Notes: a model not told the origin generated them from the sequence alone. Shown: positions 16,977 to 31,540, numbered from the stretch's first letter. The stretch: 64,000 nucleotides of DNA from Vicinamibacteria bacterium (GCA_965116805.1 OZ220713.1:703887-767886), one strand, 5' to 3'. Made by a program: numbers and translations.

Positions 16977-17938
16977 GACATCGGGGCGCGCATGGCTTGA
17001 ACCGTCTCGGCGAGGCCGGACTCGAGGGTCCACGCCGGCTCCCACCCGAGATCGTGCCGGATCGCGGACCAGTCGGAGTGGAAGTCGCCGATCGCGATGG
17101 CCTCGAGGCCCAGCGGGAGCGGCGCGAGCCGCACCCGCGGTTCCTCGCCGAGCGCCCGGAAGACCGCCTCCGCGAACGCGCGCAGGCGGACCGGCGCGGC
17201 GCCCAGGTTCCAGGTCCCGGCGGGGGCCTCGCGCTCCCCGGCGCGCAGGAAGGCGTCGACCACGTCGTCCACGTAGTTGAAGTCCCGCAGCAACCCGGGA
17301 TCTCCGAGGATCGTGACCTCCCGGCCGGCGAGCGCGTCGCCGAGGAAACGGCCGGTCAGGCCCGCTGCCGGCCCCGCGGTCGGTTGCCCCGGGCCGTAGG
17401 TGTTCGTGAGCCGCAGGACCGAGAAGGGGACGCCGCGCTGCTCCGCGCTGTGGCGCACCAGTTGCTCGGCCGTCTCCTTGTGGATCGCATGGACGTCCGG
17501 CGGGGCGACCGCGTGCCCCTCGTCCGCGGGGAGGGATGCGGCCCGGCCGTAGAGCTGGCGCGTGCTCGCGAACACCACGCGGGCTCGGGGCGCCCGCTGC
17601 GCCACTGCGGCCAACAGCGAGACGGTCCCCATCACGTTGTCCTCGAAGTCGGCCCGCGGCTGGTCCATGCTGGCCCGATGCCCGTTCGCCGCCGCCAGGT
17701 GGAAGACCACGTCGGCTTCCGCAACCGCGTCCCCGAGCGCTTCGGCATCCCGCAGGTCCGCCTGGCGGTACTCGATGTCCGCCACCTGAGTGTTCGGCCG
17801 GATCCGGTCGAAACCCGTGACGCGGGCGCCGGCAGCCGCGAGGCGCCTCGCGAGCCGGCGCCCGATGAAGCCCGCCGCGCCGGTGACGAGAACCCGGCGC
17901 TCGTTCCAGGCGGTGGCGTCCGTCGCGGGAACAGTCAT
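16973..17938 (-). CDS. NAD-dependent nucleotide-sugar epimerase/dehydratase (extended SDR)
   Basis: VTGAAGFIG, STRQLYG, HAIHK in place of YxxxK, RLTNTYGP, RDFNYVDD. Confidence 0.9.
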   Translation of the reverse strand: MTVPATDATAWNERRVLVTGAAGFIGRRLARRLAAAGARVTGFDRIRPNTQVADIEYRQADLRDAEALGDAVAEADVVFHLAAANGHRASMDQPRADFEDNVMGTVSLLAAVAQRAPRARVVFASTRQLYGRAASLPADEGHAVAPPDVHAIHKETAEQLVRHSAEQRGVPFSVLRLTNTYGPGQPTAGPAAGLTGRFLGDALAGREVTILGDPGLLRDFNYVDDVVDAFLRAGEREAPAGTWNLGAAPVRLRAFAEAVFRALGEEPRVRLAPLPLGLEAIAIGDFHSDWSAIRHDLGWEPAWTLESGLAETVQAMRAPMS

Positions 17939-18008
17939 GGTCGGCGAAAACGGTACGCCAAGTCAGGCAACAGCGGATGCCACCCGGACGAACTGGCGTT
18001 GGTCCTTT

Positions 18009-18054
18009 CGCCCGCCTCTCGGCGGGCGGTGCCGGTCTAAAGACCGGCGCTCCC
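18009..18054 (-). repeat. Two-hairpin REP-like element, copy 5
   Basis: Minus strand GGGAGC-GCCGGTCT-TT-AGACCGGC-AC + CGCCCGCC-GAGA-GGCGGGCG. Confidence 0.85.
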
Positions 18055-18075
18055 TGGCGGGCTACGGTTCGCGGC

Positions 18076-18798
18076 ATGAGAGCGGTACCCGGGCCGGGGG
18101 CTTCCGGCACCCTCTTCGTGGTCGCCACCCCCATCGGGAACCTCGACGACCTCTCGCCCCGGGCGCTCACCGTGCTGCGCGCCGTGCCCTGGATCGCCTG
18201 CGAGGACACCCGCGTCGCCCGGCGGCTCCGGACGCACTTCGGCCTGACCGCCCGGCTCATCTCGTACCACGACCACAACGAAGCGCAACAGGTCGAGTTC
18301 CTCCTGGGCCGGCTCCGGTCCGGCGAGGACCTGGCGCTCATCTGCGATGCCGGAACGCCCCTGATCTCGGACCCCGGTTACCGGGTCGTGCGCGCCGCGC
18401 GCACCGAAGACCTGCCGGTGCGCACCGTTCCCGGGCCGTCCGCGGTCGCCTCGGCGCTCTCGGTCTCGGGCCTGCCGACCGACAGCTTCACGTTCTTCGG
18501 TTTTCCGCCGGGACGGCGAAGCGCGAAGCGGCGGGCGTTCCTGCAGCGGTCGGCCGAGGCGCCCGGGTCGCTGGTGTTCTTCGAGTCGGCCCGCCGCGCG
18601 GCGGAACTTCTCGACGAACTGGCGCGAATCCTCGGTCCCCGCGAGGCCTCCGTCTCCCGGGAGATGACGAAGATCCACGAAGAGCACTGGTTCGGCTCGC
18701 TCCCCGACCTCGCCCGGCGGGCGAAGCAGGAACCGCCGCGCGGGGAGGTGACCCTGGTCGTCGCCCCCGCGGGCCGGAAGAAACAGGGCGCCACGTAG
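18076..18798 (+). CDS. rsmI: 16S rRNA (cytidine1402-2'-O)-methyltransferase
   Basis: LFVVATPIGNLDDLSPRA, CEDTR, DAGTPLISDPG, VPGPSA, FESARR, SREMTKIHEE. Confidence 0.95.
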   Translation: MRAVPGPGASGTLFVVATPIGNLDDLSPRALTVLRAVPWIACEDTRVARRLRTHFGLTARLISYHDHNEAQQVEFLLGRLRSGEDLALICDAGTPLISDPGYRVVRAARTEDLPVRTVPGPSAVASALSVSGLPTDSFTFFGFPPGRRSAKRRAFLQRSAEAPGSLVFFESARRAAELLDELARILGPREASVSREMTKIHEEHWFGSLPDLARRAKQEPPRGEVTLVVAPAGRKKQGAT

Positions 18799-18896
18799 AA
18801 TTCCGGCCGGGGCAGGGTGACGCTGATGGCGGGCCTTGTCCGCCCGCCCGTTTCTTCGACCGTGGCCCGGACTCCCGGGCGCTGAGTTTCCCGAAC

Positions 18897-20006
18897 ATGG
18901 ATTTCCTGCTCGTCTATCCCGCGTCGTCCGAGATCGGCCGCTATCCGTTCTTTGGCGCCACCGTCGCGGCCGCCGCCTCCGGGGCCGCCGCCTCCTTTCA
19001 GGCGGACGAGTTCGTCGTCCTGAACGGAGCCGCGGGCGACTCCGCCGCTCTGGAGCGCCGCGGAACCCGGGGCGCCATCCTCGCGCCGGGAATCGTCGCC
19101 CCGCCGGTCGACGCCGTCCACGCCTTGGTGGCGGCCGCGGACGAACCGCTGCGGCTCCAGAACGACGCCGGCCAGACCCTGGCGCTCGCCGGGACCGCGG
19201 AAGCTCTCGGCGCCGCCGTGCGCCCGAGCTTTGGCGAGACCGCCGATGCCCTGCGAGCCGCGGAATCTCCCGCGGGAGCCGTCCCCGGACACACCCGGAT
19301 CGAGGACGCGGCGACCTGGTCCGCGGCCATTCGCGAGTCCCAGCGCGCCACCGCCCGGCGATTCGTCGAAAACGGGGCGCTGGTGGAGGATCCGGAGACC
19401 CTGTGGGCCGATCCCACCTGCGAGGCCGGGCCCGGCGCCCGCATCGGGGCCTCGGTGCGGCTCACCGGCAGTACGAAGATCGCCGGCGGCGCCGAGGTCC
19501 AGAGCTTCTGCCGGCTCGAGAACACCGAGGTGGAGGCCGGGGCGCGCATCCTCAGCCATTCCGTGCTGCTCGACAGCGCGATCGGGCGCGATGCGAAAGT
19601 GGGTCCCTTCGCCCACATCCGCCCGAACACCCGGCTCGAACCCGAGTCCTTCGCGGGCAGCTTCGTCGAGACCAAGAACGCCGTGCTGGCCCGCCGGGCC
19701 GCGCTGCCCCACCTGTCCTACGTGGGGGACGCGGACGTCGGCGTTCGCGCCAACCTGGGGGCCGGGACCATCACGTGCAACTACGACGGGCGCGGCAAGT
19801 ACCGGACCGTGGTGGAAGCGGGAGCGTTCGTGGGAAGCAACGCCATCCTGGTGGCGCCGGTGACCATCGGCCGGCGGGCGTTCGTCGCGGCCGGGTCCGT
19901 GATCGTCGAGGATGTCCCCGAGGGGGCGCTCGCCATCGCCCGGGGCCGTCAGGCGGTGAAGCCGGGCCGGGCGGCGGGCCGCTTCGAAGGAGCCGACGAG
20001 GTCTGA
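18897..20006 (+). CDS. glmU: GlmU-like protein: intact acetyltransferase (left-handed beta-helix) domain, eroded uridyltransferase domain
   Basis: VGPFAHIRP, FVETKN, HLSYVGDA, GAGTITCNYDG, FVGSN, LAIARGRQ are present. The N-terminal LAAGxGxRMxSxxPK motif is absent and that domain is about 150 aa. Confidence 0.85.
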   Translation: MDFLLVYPASSEIGRYPFFGATVAAAASGAAASFQADEFVVLNGAAGDSAALERRGTRGAILAPGIVAPPVDAVHALVAAADEPLRLQNDAGQTLALAGTAEALGAAVRPSFGETADALRAAESPAGAVPGHTRIEDAATWSAAIRESQRATARRFVENGALVEDPETLWADPTCEAGPGARIGASVRLTGSTKIAGGAEVQSFCRLENTEVEAGARILSHSVLLDSAIGRDAKVGPFAHIRPNTRLEPESFAGSFVETKNAVLARRAALPHLSYVGDADVGVRANLGAGTITCNYDGRGKYRTVVEAGAFVGSNAILVAPVTIGRRAFVAAGSVIVEDVPEGALAIARGRQAVKPGRAAGRFEGADEV

Positions 20007-20020
20007 GCCCGACCCAGAAG

Positions 20021-21025
20021 ATGGAGGCGCCTCCGGCGCTCCTCGCCGAGATCCGCGACCAGCCGGCCGCGGCGCGGCGCACGCTGGCCGCCCTCGCGGC
20101 CGGTGCGTCCCGGCGCGCGGCCGCACTTCGGGACGCCGACGCGCTCCGGCAGGCGCGGGTCCTGCTCGTCGGGGCCGGATCGAGCCGCTACGCCGCCGAG
20201 ATCGGCGCCGAGTGGTTCCGGGGCTGGAAACTCGATGGCGACGTCCGTTCGGCGAGCGGCGTCGGCGGGCCGCCGGCGAGCGGAGTCCTGCTGGTCGTCA
20301 CCCAGTCCGGCGCCACCCGCAGCACGCTCCGGCTTCTCGACCAGGCCGCGGCCGCCGGCATCTTTCGCATCGTGGTCACCAACGAGGCGGAAAGCCCGGC
20401 GGCGCGAAGCGCGGAGCTGGCGCTCATTACCGAGGCGGGACGGGAACACGCGATTCCGGCGACCAAGACATTCACTTCGGCTCTGGTCGCGCTCCGGGTT
20501 CTGGGTCTCGAATGGGCCGCCGCGCTCGGCCGGCGGCCGCCCCGGCCCGGCACGCGCCACGACCCGGCGAAGCTCCTCGACGACGCGGTAGCACGAGAGT
20601 CGAAGATCGCGGCGCGGATCGCCGAGATCGAGATCGGCGGGCCGTGGTTTTTCCTGGGAAGCGGCATCTTCAGTCCCCTGGCACGCGAAGGCGCCCTCAA
20701 GCTGATGGAGACCGCGCTGCTCCCGGCCATCCCGGTACCCGCCGGCGAGCTGGCCCACGGACCGGCCGCCCTGCTCGGGCCGACCACGCCCGTCGTGCTG
20801 CTGTCCGCCAACGACCCTCTTTCCCGGAGCGAGGCGCGGTCCGTCGCTGCGGCGCGCGCCGCCGGCGCTCCGGTGTTCCGGTTCGGCGATTCCGGCGTCC
20901 CCGCGGAGCTCCAGCCCTTCGCGGTGGCGCCCGTCCTGCAACTGCTCGCCTTCTTCGCCGGACGGCAGCTCGGCCGCGACGTGGACGCCCCGGCGGGGCT
21001 CCAGAAGGCGGTCCGTGACGACTGA
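20021..21025 (+). CDS. SIS-domain protein homologous to the GlmS isomerase half (no glutaminase domain)
   Basis: EIRDQP, GAGSS, VTQSGAT, AGREHAIPATKTFT, AREGALKLME, GELAHGP, GRDVDAPAGLQKAV; no N-terminal Cys1 Ntn domain. Confidence 0.85.
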   Translation: MEAPPALLAEIRDQPAAARRTLAALAAGASRRAAALRDADALRQARVLLVGAGSSRYAAEIGAEWFRGWKLDGDVRSASGVGGPPASGVLLVVTQSGATRSTLRLLDQAAAAGIFRIVVTNEAESPAARSAELALITEAGREHAIPATKTFTSALVALRVLGLEWAAALGRRPPRPGTRHDPAKLLDDAVARESKIAARIAEIEIGGPWFFLGSGIFSPLAREGALKLMETALLPAIPVPAGELAHGPAALLGPTTPVVLLSANDPLSRSEARSVAAARAAGAPVFRFGDSGVPAELQPFAVAPVLQLLAFFAGRQLGRDVDAPAGLQKAVRDD

Positions 21026-23165
21026 TCCGGCCGGCCCTGACGACCGCGCCGGGCAGTCGGTCCTCGCGGAGCTGAACGCCTCCCAGCAGGAGGCGGTCTC
21101 GGCGCCCGCCGGACCCACCCTGGTGCTCGCGGGCGCCGGCTCGGGCAAGACCCGGGTCATCACGCACCGGATCGGCTGGCGCCTGCTCGTGGACGGGGCC
21201 CCGCCGGAATCCATCCTCGCCGTCACCTTCACGAACAAGGCGGCGCGCGAGATGCGCACCCGCGTGAACGCCCTCGCCGCCGCGGTGCGGGAGACCGGAT
21301 CCCTGCCCTGGGTCTCCACCTTCCACGCGTTCGGGCTGAACCTGCTGCGGCGCTTCGGCGGTGACATCGGCCTGCCGTCCGGGTTCCCGGTGTTCGGGGC
21401 GGACGAGAGCCGCGCGCTCGTTCGGCAGGTCGCGCGCGAACTCCTGATCGACGACGACCGTCTCCCGCTCGGGCGGCTCGTCCAGTTGATCTCCCGGCTC
21501 CGGAACGCCGAGGCCTCCGGCGCCGCCTTTCGCGGACCGCGGGATCCGCGGCTGGCGGAGTCCGTGCGGGAGGCGACTGCCCTGTACCGGCGCAAGGTCG
21601 CCGAATTGAAGGGAGCGGACTTCGACGACCTGCTGATTCGCGCCCTCGAGCTGCTGGACGCTTCGGAGGCGGCCCGCTCGTTCGTCGACCGGCGGGTGCG
21701 CCACCTGTTGATCGACGAGTATCAGGACACCGGTCCCACCCAGCACCGGCTGGTCCTGAGGCTCGCCGGTCACCGCGACGTCTTCGCGGTCGGCGACGAC
21801 GACCAGGCGATCTACTCGTTCCGGGGGGCCGACTTCCGGAACATCCTCCGTTTCCGGGAGGACTTCCCGGGCGCGCGGGTCCTGCGGCTCGAGGAGAACT
21901 ACCGCTCCACCGCCGCCATCGTGGACGCCGCCAACGCGGTGATCCGCCGCAACCGACGCCGCGACGGCAAGACCCTCCGTCCGCTGGGAGAGCAGGGCGA
22001 GCGGGCCCGGTTCCGTTCGTTTGCCAGCGAAACGAGCGAGGCGCAGGCGATCGCCGTCGAGATCGCGGCCAAGGGGGAGGGGCGCGGCTCCACCGCCGTG
22101 CTCCTCCGGACCCGCGCCCAGACGCGGGCGTTCGAAGAAGCGTTCGCCGCCCATCGGATCCCGCACGTGATCGTGGGCGGGCTCCGCTTCTACGAGCGGC
22201 GCGAGGTGCTGGACGCGCTCGCCGGCCTCCGGGTGGCGGCCAATCCGGACGACGACTCCGCCTTCCGGCGGGCGCTGGCGGCGATTCCGCGCGGCGTGGG
22301 CCCGAAATCGCTCCGCCGCATCGAAGAGCAGGGGGCCGCGGACGAAACGTCCCTGCTCGCGGCGGCGGAGCGGGTCGTGGCGGATCGGGGCCTGCCGGCC
22401 CGGGCGCTGAACGGACTCCGCGCTTTCGTGGAGGGGATCGCCGCGGTTCGCCGCGCCATCCCCGGGGGACCGGAGAAGGTCGTCCGTTCGGCGATCGCGG
22501 ACACGGGCCTCGGGCCCTTTTTCCAGGAGAACGACCGGGAGCGCTTCGAGAACCTCGTCTCGCTGCAGAACGCCGCCCGGGAATTCGAGCGGACGAACCC
22601 GGAGGGCTCCGTCGATGCCTTTCTGGACCAGGTGAGCCTGCTGTCGGCGGAGGACCTGATGCCGGAGGAAGGGGCCGATCCCGGCGTGCCGCCGGTGATG
22701 GTGATGACGGTGCACGCCGCCAAGGGGCTCGAGTTCGATTCGGTGTTCCTGGCCGGTCTCTGGGAGGGGCTCTTCCCGCACGCGTTCTCGCTCGAATCGG
22801 ACCTCCAGCTCGAAGAGGAACGGCGCCTCTTCTACGTCGGGATGACCCGGGCGCGGAAGCGCCTGCAGCTCTCGGCGGCGCCGGGCGGAGCGCCCTACCT
22901 CCGGTCGCGGGGCGGGGTCTCGCGGTTCCTCGGCGAGATTCCCCGGGACCTGCTCGAGACGGCGCGCGGCGAGGCCCGGACGCTCCCCATCGCGACGGCT
23001 CCCGCGGCCGGACCGTTCCGCAAGGGCGACTCCGTGCGCCACCCCAAGTTCGGGGTCGGCCGGGTAGAGACCGTGGACCCGGACGGCAAGCGCCTCTCCG
23101 TCCTGTTCCGTTACCACGGGCGGCGGCGGCTGGTCCTGGAGTTCGCGCGTCTGGAACGGGTCTAG
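21015..23165 (+). CDS. uvrD: UvrD/PcrA ATP-dependent DNA helicase
   Basis: AGAGSGKT, TFTNKAA, DEYQD, VGDDDQAIYSFRGA, LEENYRST, TVHAAKGLEF, EERRLFYVGMTRA, C-terminal Tudor VRHPKFGVG. Confidence 0.96.
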   Translation: MTTDPAGPDDRAGQSVLAELNASQQEAVSAPAGPTLVLAGAGSGKTRVITHRIGWRLLVDGAPPESILAVTFTNKAAREMRTRVNALAAAVRETGSLPWVSTFHAFGLNLLRRFGGDIGLPSGFPVFGADESRALVRQVARELLIDDDRLPLGRLVQLISRLRNAEASGAAFRGPRDPRLAESVREATALYRRKVAELKGADFDDLLIRALELLDASEAARSFVDRRVRHLLIDEYQDTGPTQHRLVLRLAGHRDVFAVGDDDQAIYSFRGADFRNILRFREDFPGARVLRLEENYRSTAAIVDAANAVIRRNRRRDGKTLRPLGEQGERARFRSFASETSEAQAIAVEIAAKGEGRGSTAVLLRTRAQTRAFEEAFAAHRIPHVIVGGLRFYERREVLDALAGLRVAANPDDDSAFRRALAAIPRGVGPKSLRRIEEQGAADETSLLAAAERVVADRGLPARALNGLRAFVEGIAAVRRAIPGGPEKVVRSAIADTGLGPFFQENDRERFENLVSLQNAAREFERTNPEGSVDAFLDQVSLLSAEDLMPEEGADPGVPPVMVMTVHAAKGLEFDSVFLAGLWEGLFPHAFSLESDLQLEEERRLFYVGMTRARKRLQLSAAPGGAPYLRSRGGVSRFLGEIPRDLLETARGEARTLPIATAPAAGPFRKGDSVRHPKFGVGRVETVDPDGKRLSVLFRYHGRRRLVLEFARLERV

Positions 23166-23205
23166 GCGATCGCGCCCGCTGCGAGGCTGGATGGAGTCGC
23201 GACGT

Positions 23206-23271
23206 GCGCGGTGCGGAGCACCGCGCGTGCCGGTCTGGAGGCCGCTACCGCGAGAACCGGCCGGCGTTCCC
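23206..23271 (-). repeat. Long variant of the REP-like element, copy 6
   Basis: Plus strand: hairpin GCGCGGTGC-GGA-GCACCGCGC, then GTGCCGGTCTGGAGGCCGCTACCGCGAGAACCGGCCGGCGTTCCC, abutting the pyrE stop. Confidence 0.85.
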
Positions 23272-23825
23272 TAGGTGTCCGTGAGGTCGTCCAGGCCGAA
23301 CGCCGCCGCGTAGGGGACGCCGGCCCCGGCGAGCAGCGGACCGGCCCCCATGCCCCGGTCCACGAGCGCCACCGCTCCCACCACCTCGAAGCCGGCCTCG
23401 CGGGCGGCCTCCACCGCCGCGAGGGTCGATTTCCCCGTGGTGGCGGTGTCTTCGAGGATGACCGCCGCGCCCTGCGGGTGCTCGACCCCCTCGATGCGCC
23501 GGCCGCGGCCGTGGTCCTTCGCCTCCTTGCGGACGAAGAACCCGGCAAGCCGCCGTCCGCCAGCGTGCGCCTCCATGACGACCGCCGTGGTCAGGGGGAT
23601 CGCTCCGGCCGCCATCCCCCCCACCGCGGACGCCCGAAAACCCGAGCGGTCCATGGTGTCGAGCAGGATCCGGCCGACCAGCGCCGCCGCGTCGGAACGC
23701 AGGACGGTGAGCCGGGCGTCCACGTAGACGTTGGAGGTGCCGCCGTGCGCGAGCTGGAACTCGCCGAACCTGACGGACTCCCGGCGGAGGATGGCGAGCA
23801 GGGCGGTGCGGGGGTCGCCGCTCAC
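23271..23825 (-). CDS. pyrE: Orotate phosphoribosyltransferase
   Basis: FGEFQLAHGGTSNVYVDAR, FFVRKEAKDHG, VILEDTATTGKS PRPP-binding motif. Confidence 0.95.
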   Translation of the reverse strand: MSGDPRTALLAILRRESVRFGEFQLAHGGTSNVYVDARLTVLRSDAAALVGRILLDTMDRSGFRASAVGGMAAGAIPLTTAVVMEAHAGGRRLAGFFVRKEAKDHGRGRRIEGVEHPQGAAVILEDTATTGKSTLAAVEAAREAGFEVVGAVALVDRGMGAGPLLAGAGVPYAAAFGLDDLTDT

Positions 23826-23871
23826 GCTCCCAGGCGTCCCCGCAGTTCCTCGCCGTCGGCGGTCGCCGTTG

Positions 23872-23914
23872 CGCCCGCTGCGCGGGCGGTGCCGGTGTGA
23901 ACACCGGCGCTCCC
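23872..23914 (-). repeat. Two-hairpin REP-like element, copy 7
   Basis: Plus strand CGCCCGC-TGC-GCGGGCG + GT-GCCGGTGT-GA-ACACCGGC-GCTCCC; compensatory change relative to GCCGGTCT/AGACCGGC. Confidence 0.85.
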
Positions 23915-23925
23915 GAGGAGTCGTC

Positions 23926-24629
23926 TCACGTCGTGGGCTCGATGGCGGCGATGATCCAGCGCGCGGGTATGTCGGCGCCCTGCTGGTTCTGGAGGTCGTA
24001 GCGGATGAGGGCGAAGCGGTATTCGCGCGCCGCCCCTTCCTCCACCGTCCTCACCAGCAGCTCCTGCTCCGAGATGTTCCCCGTGAGGTAGTCCACGGGC
24101 GCCTCCCGAAGCAGGCTCCGCTGGGCCCGCCGGCGTTCCTCCTCGAGCGCCATCTGCACCTCGCTCAGCGAGGTGACCAGCCGGCGCCGCTCGGCCGCGT
24201 GGGCGTCCCACTCGTCGGCGGTCTCCCCCAGGCGTCCCCCGATGGCAACATTCGGGTTCCCGTCCCGGCGGTCCGTGATCATCGCGAGGGCCTCCTGGTT
24301 CGCCTGACGAAAGTCGTAGAAGATCTTGAACTGCTCGTCCCGGGCGGCCTCCGCGTCCGTCTCCTCCCTGCGAAGCTCCGGCACCCGGTACGGGCCCTCC
24401 GTCACCATCCCGGTCTCGAGGATCTCCCACGACTCGACCGGGCCCCCGGGAAAGCCGGCCATCGAGAGCCCCCCGGCGCTCACCCGGTCGTCCGCCGCGA
24501 TGGCGCGAAAGAACTGCGAAAGGAGCGCCTCTTCGGGCGGGGAGGAACACCCGGCCGCGAACGCCGCCACGATCGCGAGCGCCGGGAAAGCGGTGCGGAA
24601 GCCAGAGCGGGCGTCGCGGACGGTCGCGT

Positions 24630-24633
<4 letters not shown>
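23926..24633 (-). CDS. Hypothetical lipoprotein
   Basis: Lipobox AAGC, central coiled-coil-like segment, ATGA overlap with the gyrA stop. Confidence 0.75.
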
Positions 24634-29896
<5,263 letters not shown>

Positions 29897-29927
29897 GCTC
29901 AGCGAACCGTGCGTGGTCGCGGACCGA

Positions 29928-31052
29928 TCAAACGAGCGGCATCCCGACGCAGAAGTGCTCGATGCTGTCGTCCTCGTCGAGCGGACGCAGGATGAAGGCG
30001 GTGTCCGGAGTGTTGAACTCCAGCGCGACCGCCTCACAGTCGAAGCTCTTTGCGAAATCACGCAGATGCACGAGGTTCAGGTGAAGAGTCAGCGGAGTCC
30101 CCGACGCCTCCAGAACCTCGACCTCCGAGATGGCCTCGCCCCGCACCGACGTGACGTCGATCCGGATGGACTCCTCGCCGATGTCGAGCTTGGCCCGGTT
30201 GAAGTCCCCGGTCGAGAACGGGAGCGCGGCCTGGACGGCGCCGAGCAGTCCCTCCCGGCTGGTGCGAATCCGGATCGGGCAGTCGCGCGGGATCACATGC
30301 TCGTATTCCGGCAGCCGATCGGCGAGCTTGGCGCACACCAGCAGCCGGTGTCCGAACTCGAGGAAGAGGTGGTTCTCTCCCTCAAAGAAGCGCATGCCGG
30401 AGTCACCGCTGCGCGCCAGCAGGGTCAGCTCTGAAATGGCCTTCATTCCGAGTCCGAAGGCCTGCTTGCCGCCGGAAGCGGCTCCATCTCCATCTCCCAG
30501 CGTGGCGCTGGAGTAGGCCAGGCGCGAGTGGTCGGACGAAACGATCCGCACGCTGCCGCCCTCGACTTCGAGCTGGGCGCCGGCCGTCGCGACCGACGCG
30601 TCCACCGCGGCCGGAAAGGCGTACGAGCCGGACCGCAGCAGGGTCGCAAACATCTCGGACGGCACCGTGCAGAGCGGATCCGCAGGGGGATCCGAGAGCG
30701 TTGGCGGGTCTCCGACCCGGCCGGGGATGCGGGTGTCGTTTCCCCCACAGCGAACCTGGATCCAGTTCTGGTCGGTCTCGTGGAACGAAACCTGCTCCGC
30801 GCGCCCTTCCTTGAGCCAGCGCGCCAGGAGGCTCACCGGCACGCTGAGCAGGCCCTCGCCCTGGGTCTCCGCGGCGATGCTGGACCTGAGACCGATCTCT
30901 CCGCCCGACGCGGTCAATTCGCATCCGTTCTCCGATGGCCGGAAGGTGACGTTCGAGAACATGGAGAGTGGGTCTGACGGCCGGTTCTCGACCACGCCGG
31001 CGAACAGGTTCAGTTCTGCCAGCAGGGCTTCTCGGTTAGTGGTGAAGTCCAT
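29928..31052 (-). CDS. dnaN: DNA polymerase III beta sliding clamp
   Basis: 374 aa, position between dnaA and gyrB, DHSRLA (cf. DGHRLA), LPEYEHVIP, C-terminal GMPLV; divergent sequence. Confidence 0.9.
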   Translation of the reverse strand: MDFTTNREALLAELNLFAGVVENRPSDPLSMFSNVTFRPSENGCELTASGGEIGLRSSIAAETQGEGLLSVPVSLLARWLKEGRAEQVSFHETDQNWIQVRCGGNDTRIPGRVGDPPTLSDPPADPLCTVPSEMFATLLRSGSYAFPAAVDASVATAGAQLEVEGGSVRIVSSDHSRLAYSSATLGDGDGAASGGKQAFGLGMKAISELTLLARSGDSGMRFFEGENHLFLEFGHRLLVCAKLADRLPEYEHVIPRDCPIRIRTSREGLLGAVQAALPFSTGDFNRAKLDIGEESIRIDVTSVRGEAISEVEVLEASGTPLTLHLNLVHLRDFAKSFDCEAVALEFNTPDTAFILRPLDEDDSIEHFCVGMPLV

Positions 31053-31194
31053 GAAGTGCTCTTTTCCGAATCAGCAATTGGCGGCGCGGAGGTAGGGGAG
31101 ACTCCCGCGAGTATCGACAGGATCCAGGACGCCTCGATTCAAAACGGAGAAGGCGCGAAGATCGAACGGATCAATAGAAACAGAGGAGCCGTCG

Positions 31195-31420
31195 AGGAGG
31201 AATTATAGTCATTAATTGAGCGTGTGGAAAGTGGGGATAAATCATTCAAGTCATTGAAAAAAGGACACTTGAAAGGTCTTTTGATTGTTGGGGAACTGCC
31301 CGGTTGATGGTGGGGTCCTGTGCAAAACCGCACAACCGGTGTCCGGCGGGTATGGATGGGCCGGGTTTTCCACAGGAATCCACACGTTTTCCACAGGTTT
31401 TCCGCACCTTTTCCACATTC
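31195..31420. other. Replication origin oriC (dnaA-dnaN intergenic)
   Basis: DnaA boxes TGTGGAAAG 31223-31231 and TGGGGATAA 31232-31240; TTTTCCACA 31366, GAATCCACA 31376, TTTTCCACA 31387, TTTTCCGCA 31398, TTTTCCACA 31409; AT-rich tract about 31200-31290. Confidence 0.88.
31247..31259 (-). promoter_or_regulatory. IHF-like site in oriC
   Basis: Minus strand TTTCAATGACTTG, one mismatch to WATCAANNNNTTR. Confidence 0.5.
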
Positions 31421-31466
31421 TTCGAGGTGCCCGAGGACCGTGCGTTTCCGGGTCCGGGCCGAGCCC

Positions 31467-31496
31467 GGAACGCCGGCCGGCTCTCGCGGCAGCGGC
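31467..31496 (+). repeat. Partial long-variant REP-like element beside oriC, copy 9
   Basis: GGAACGCCGGCCGGCTCTCGCGGCAGCGGC matches the reverse complement of copy 6 at 28/30. Confidence 0.75.
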
Positions 31497-31540
31497 GAGC
31501 CCTGGGGGGTCTGGAGCAGAGTCCCGCTCAGGTCGGCCGC

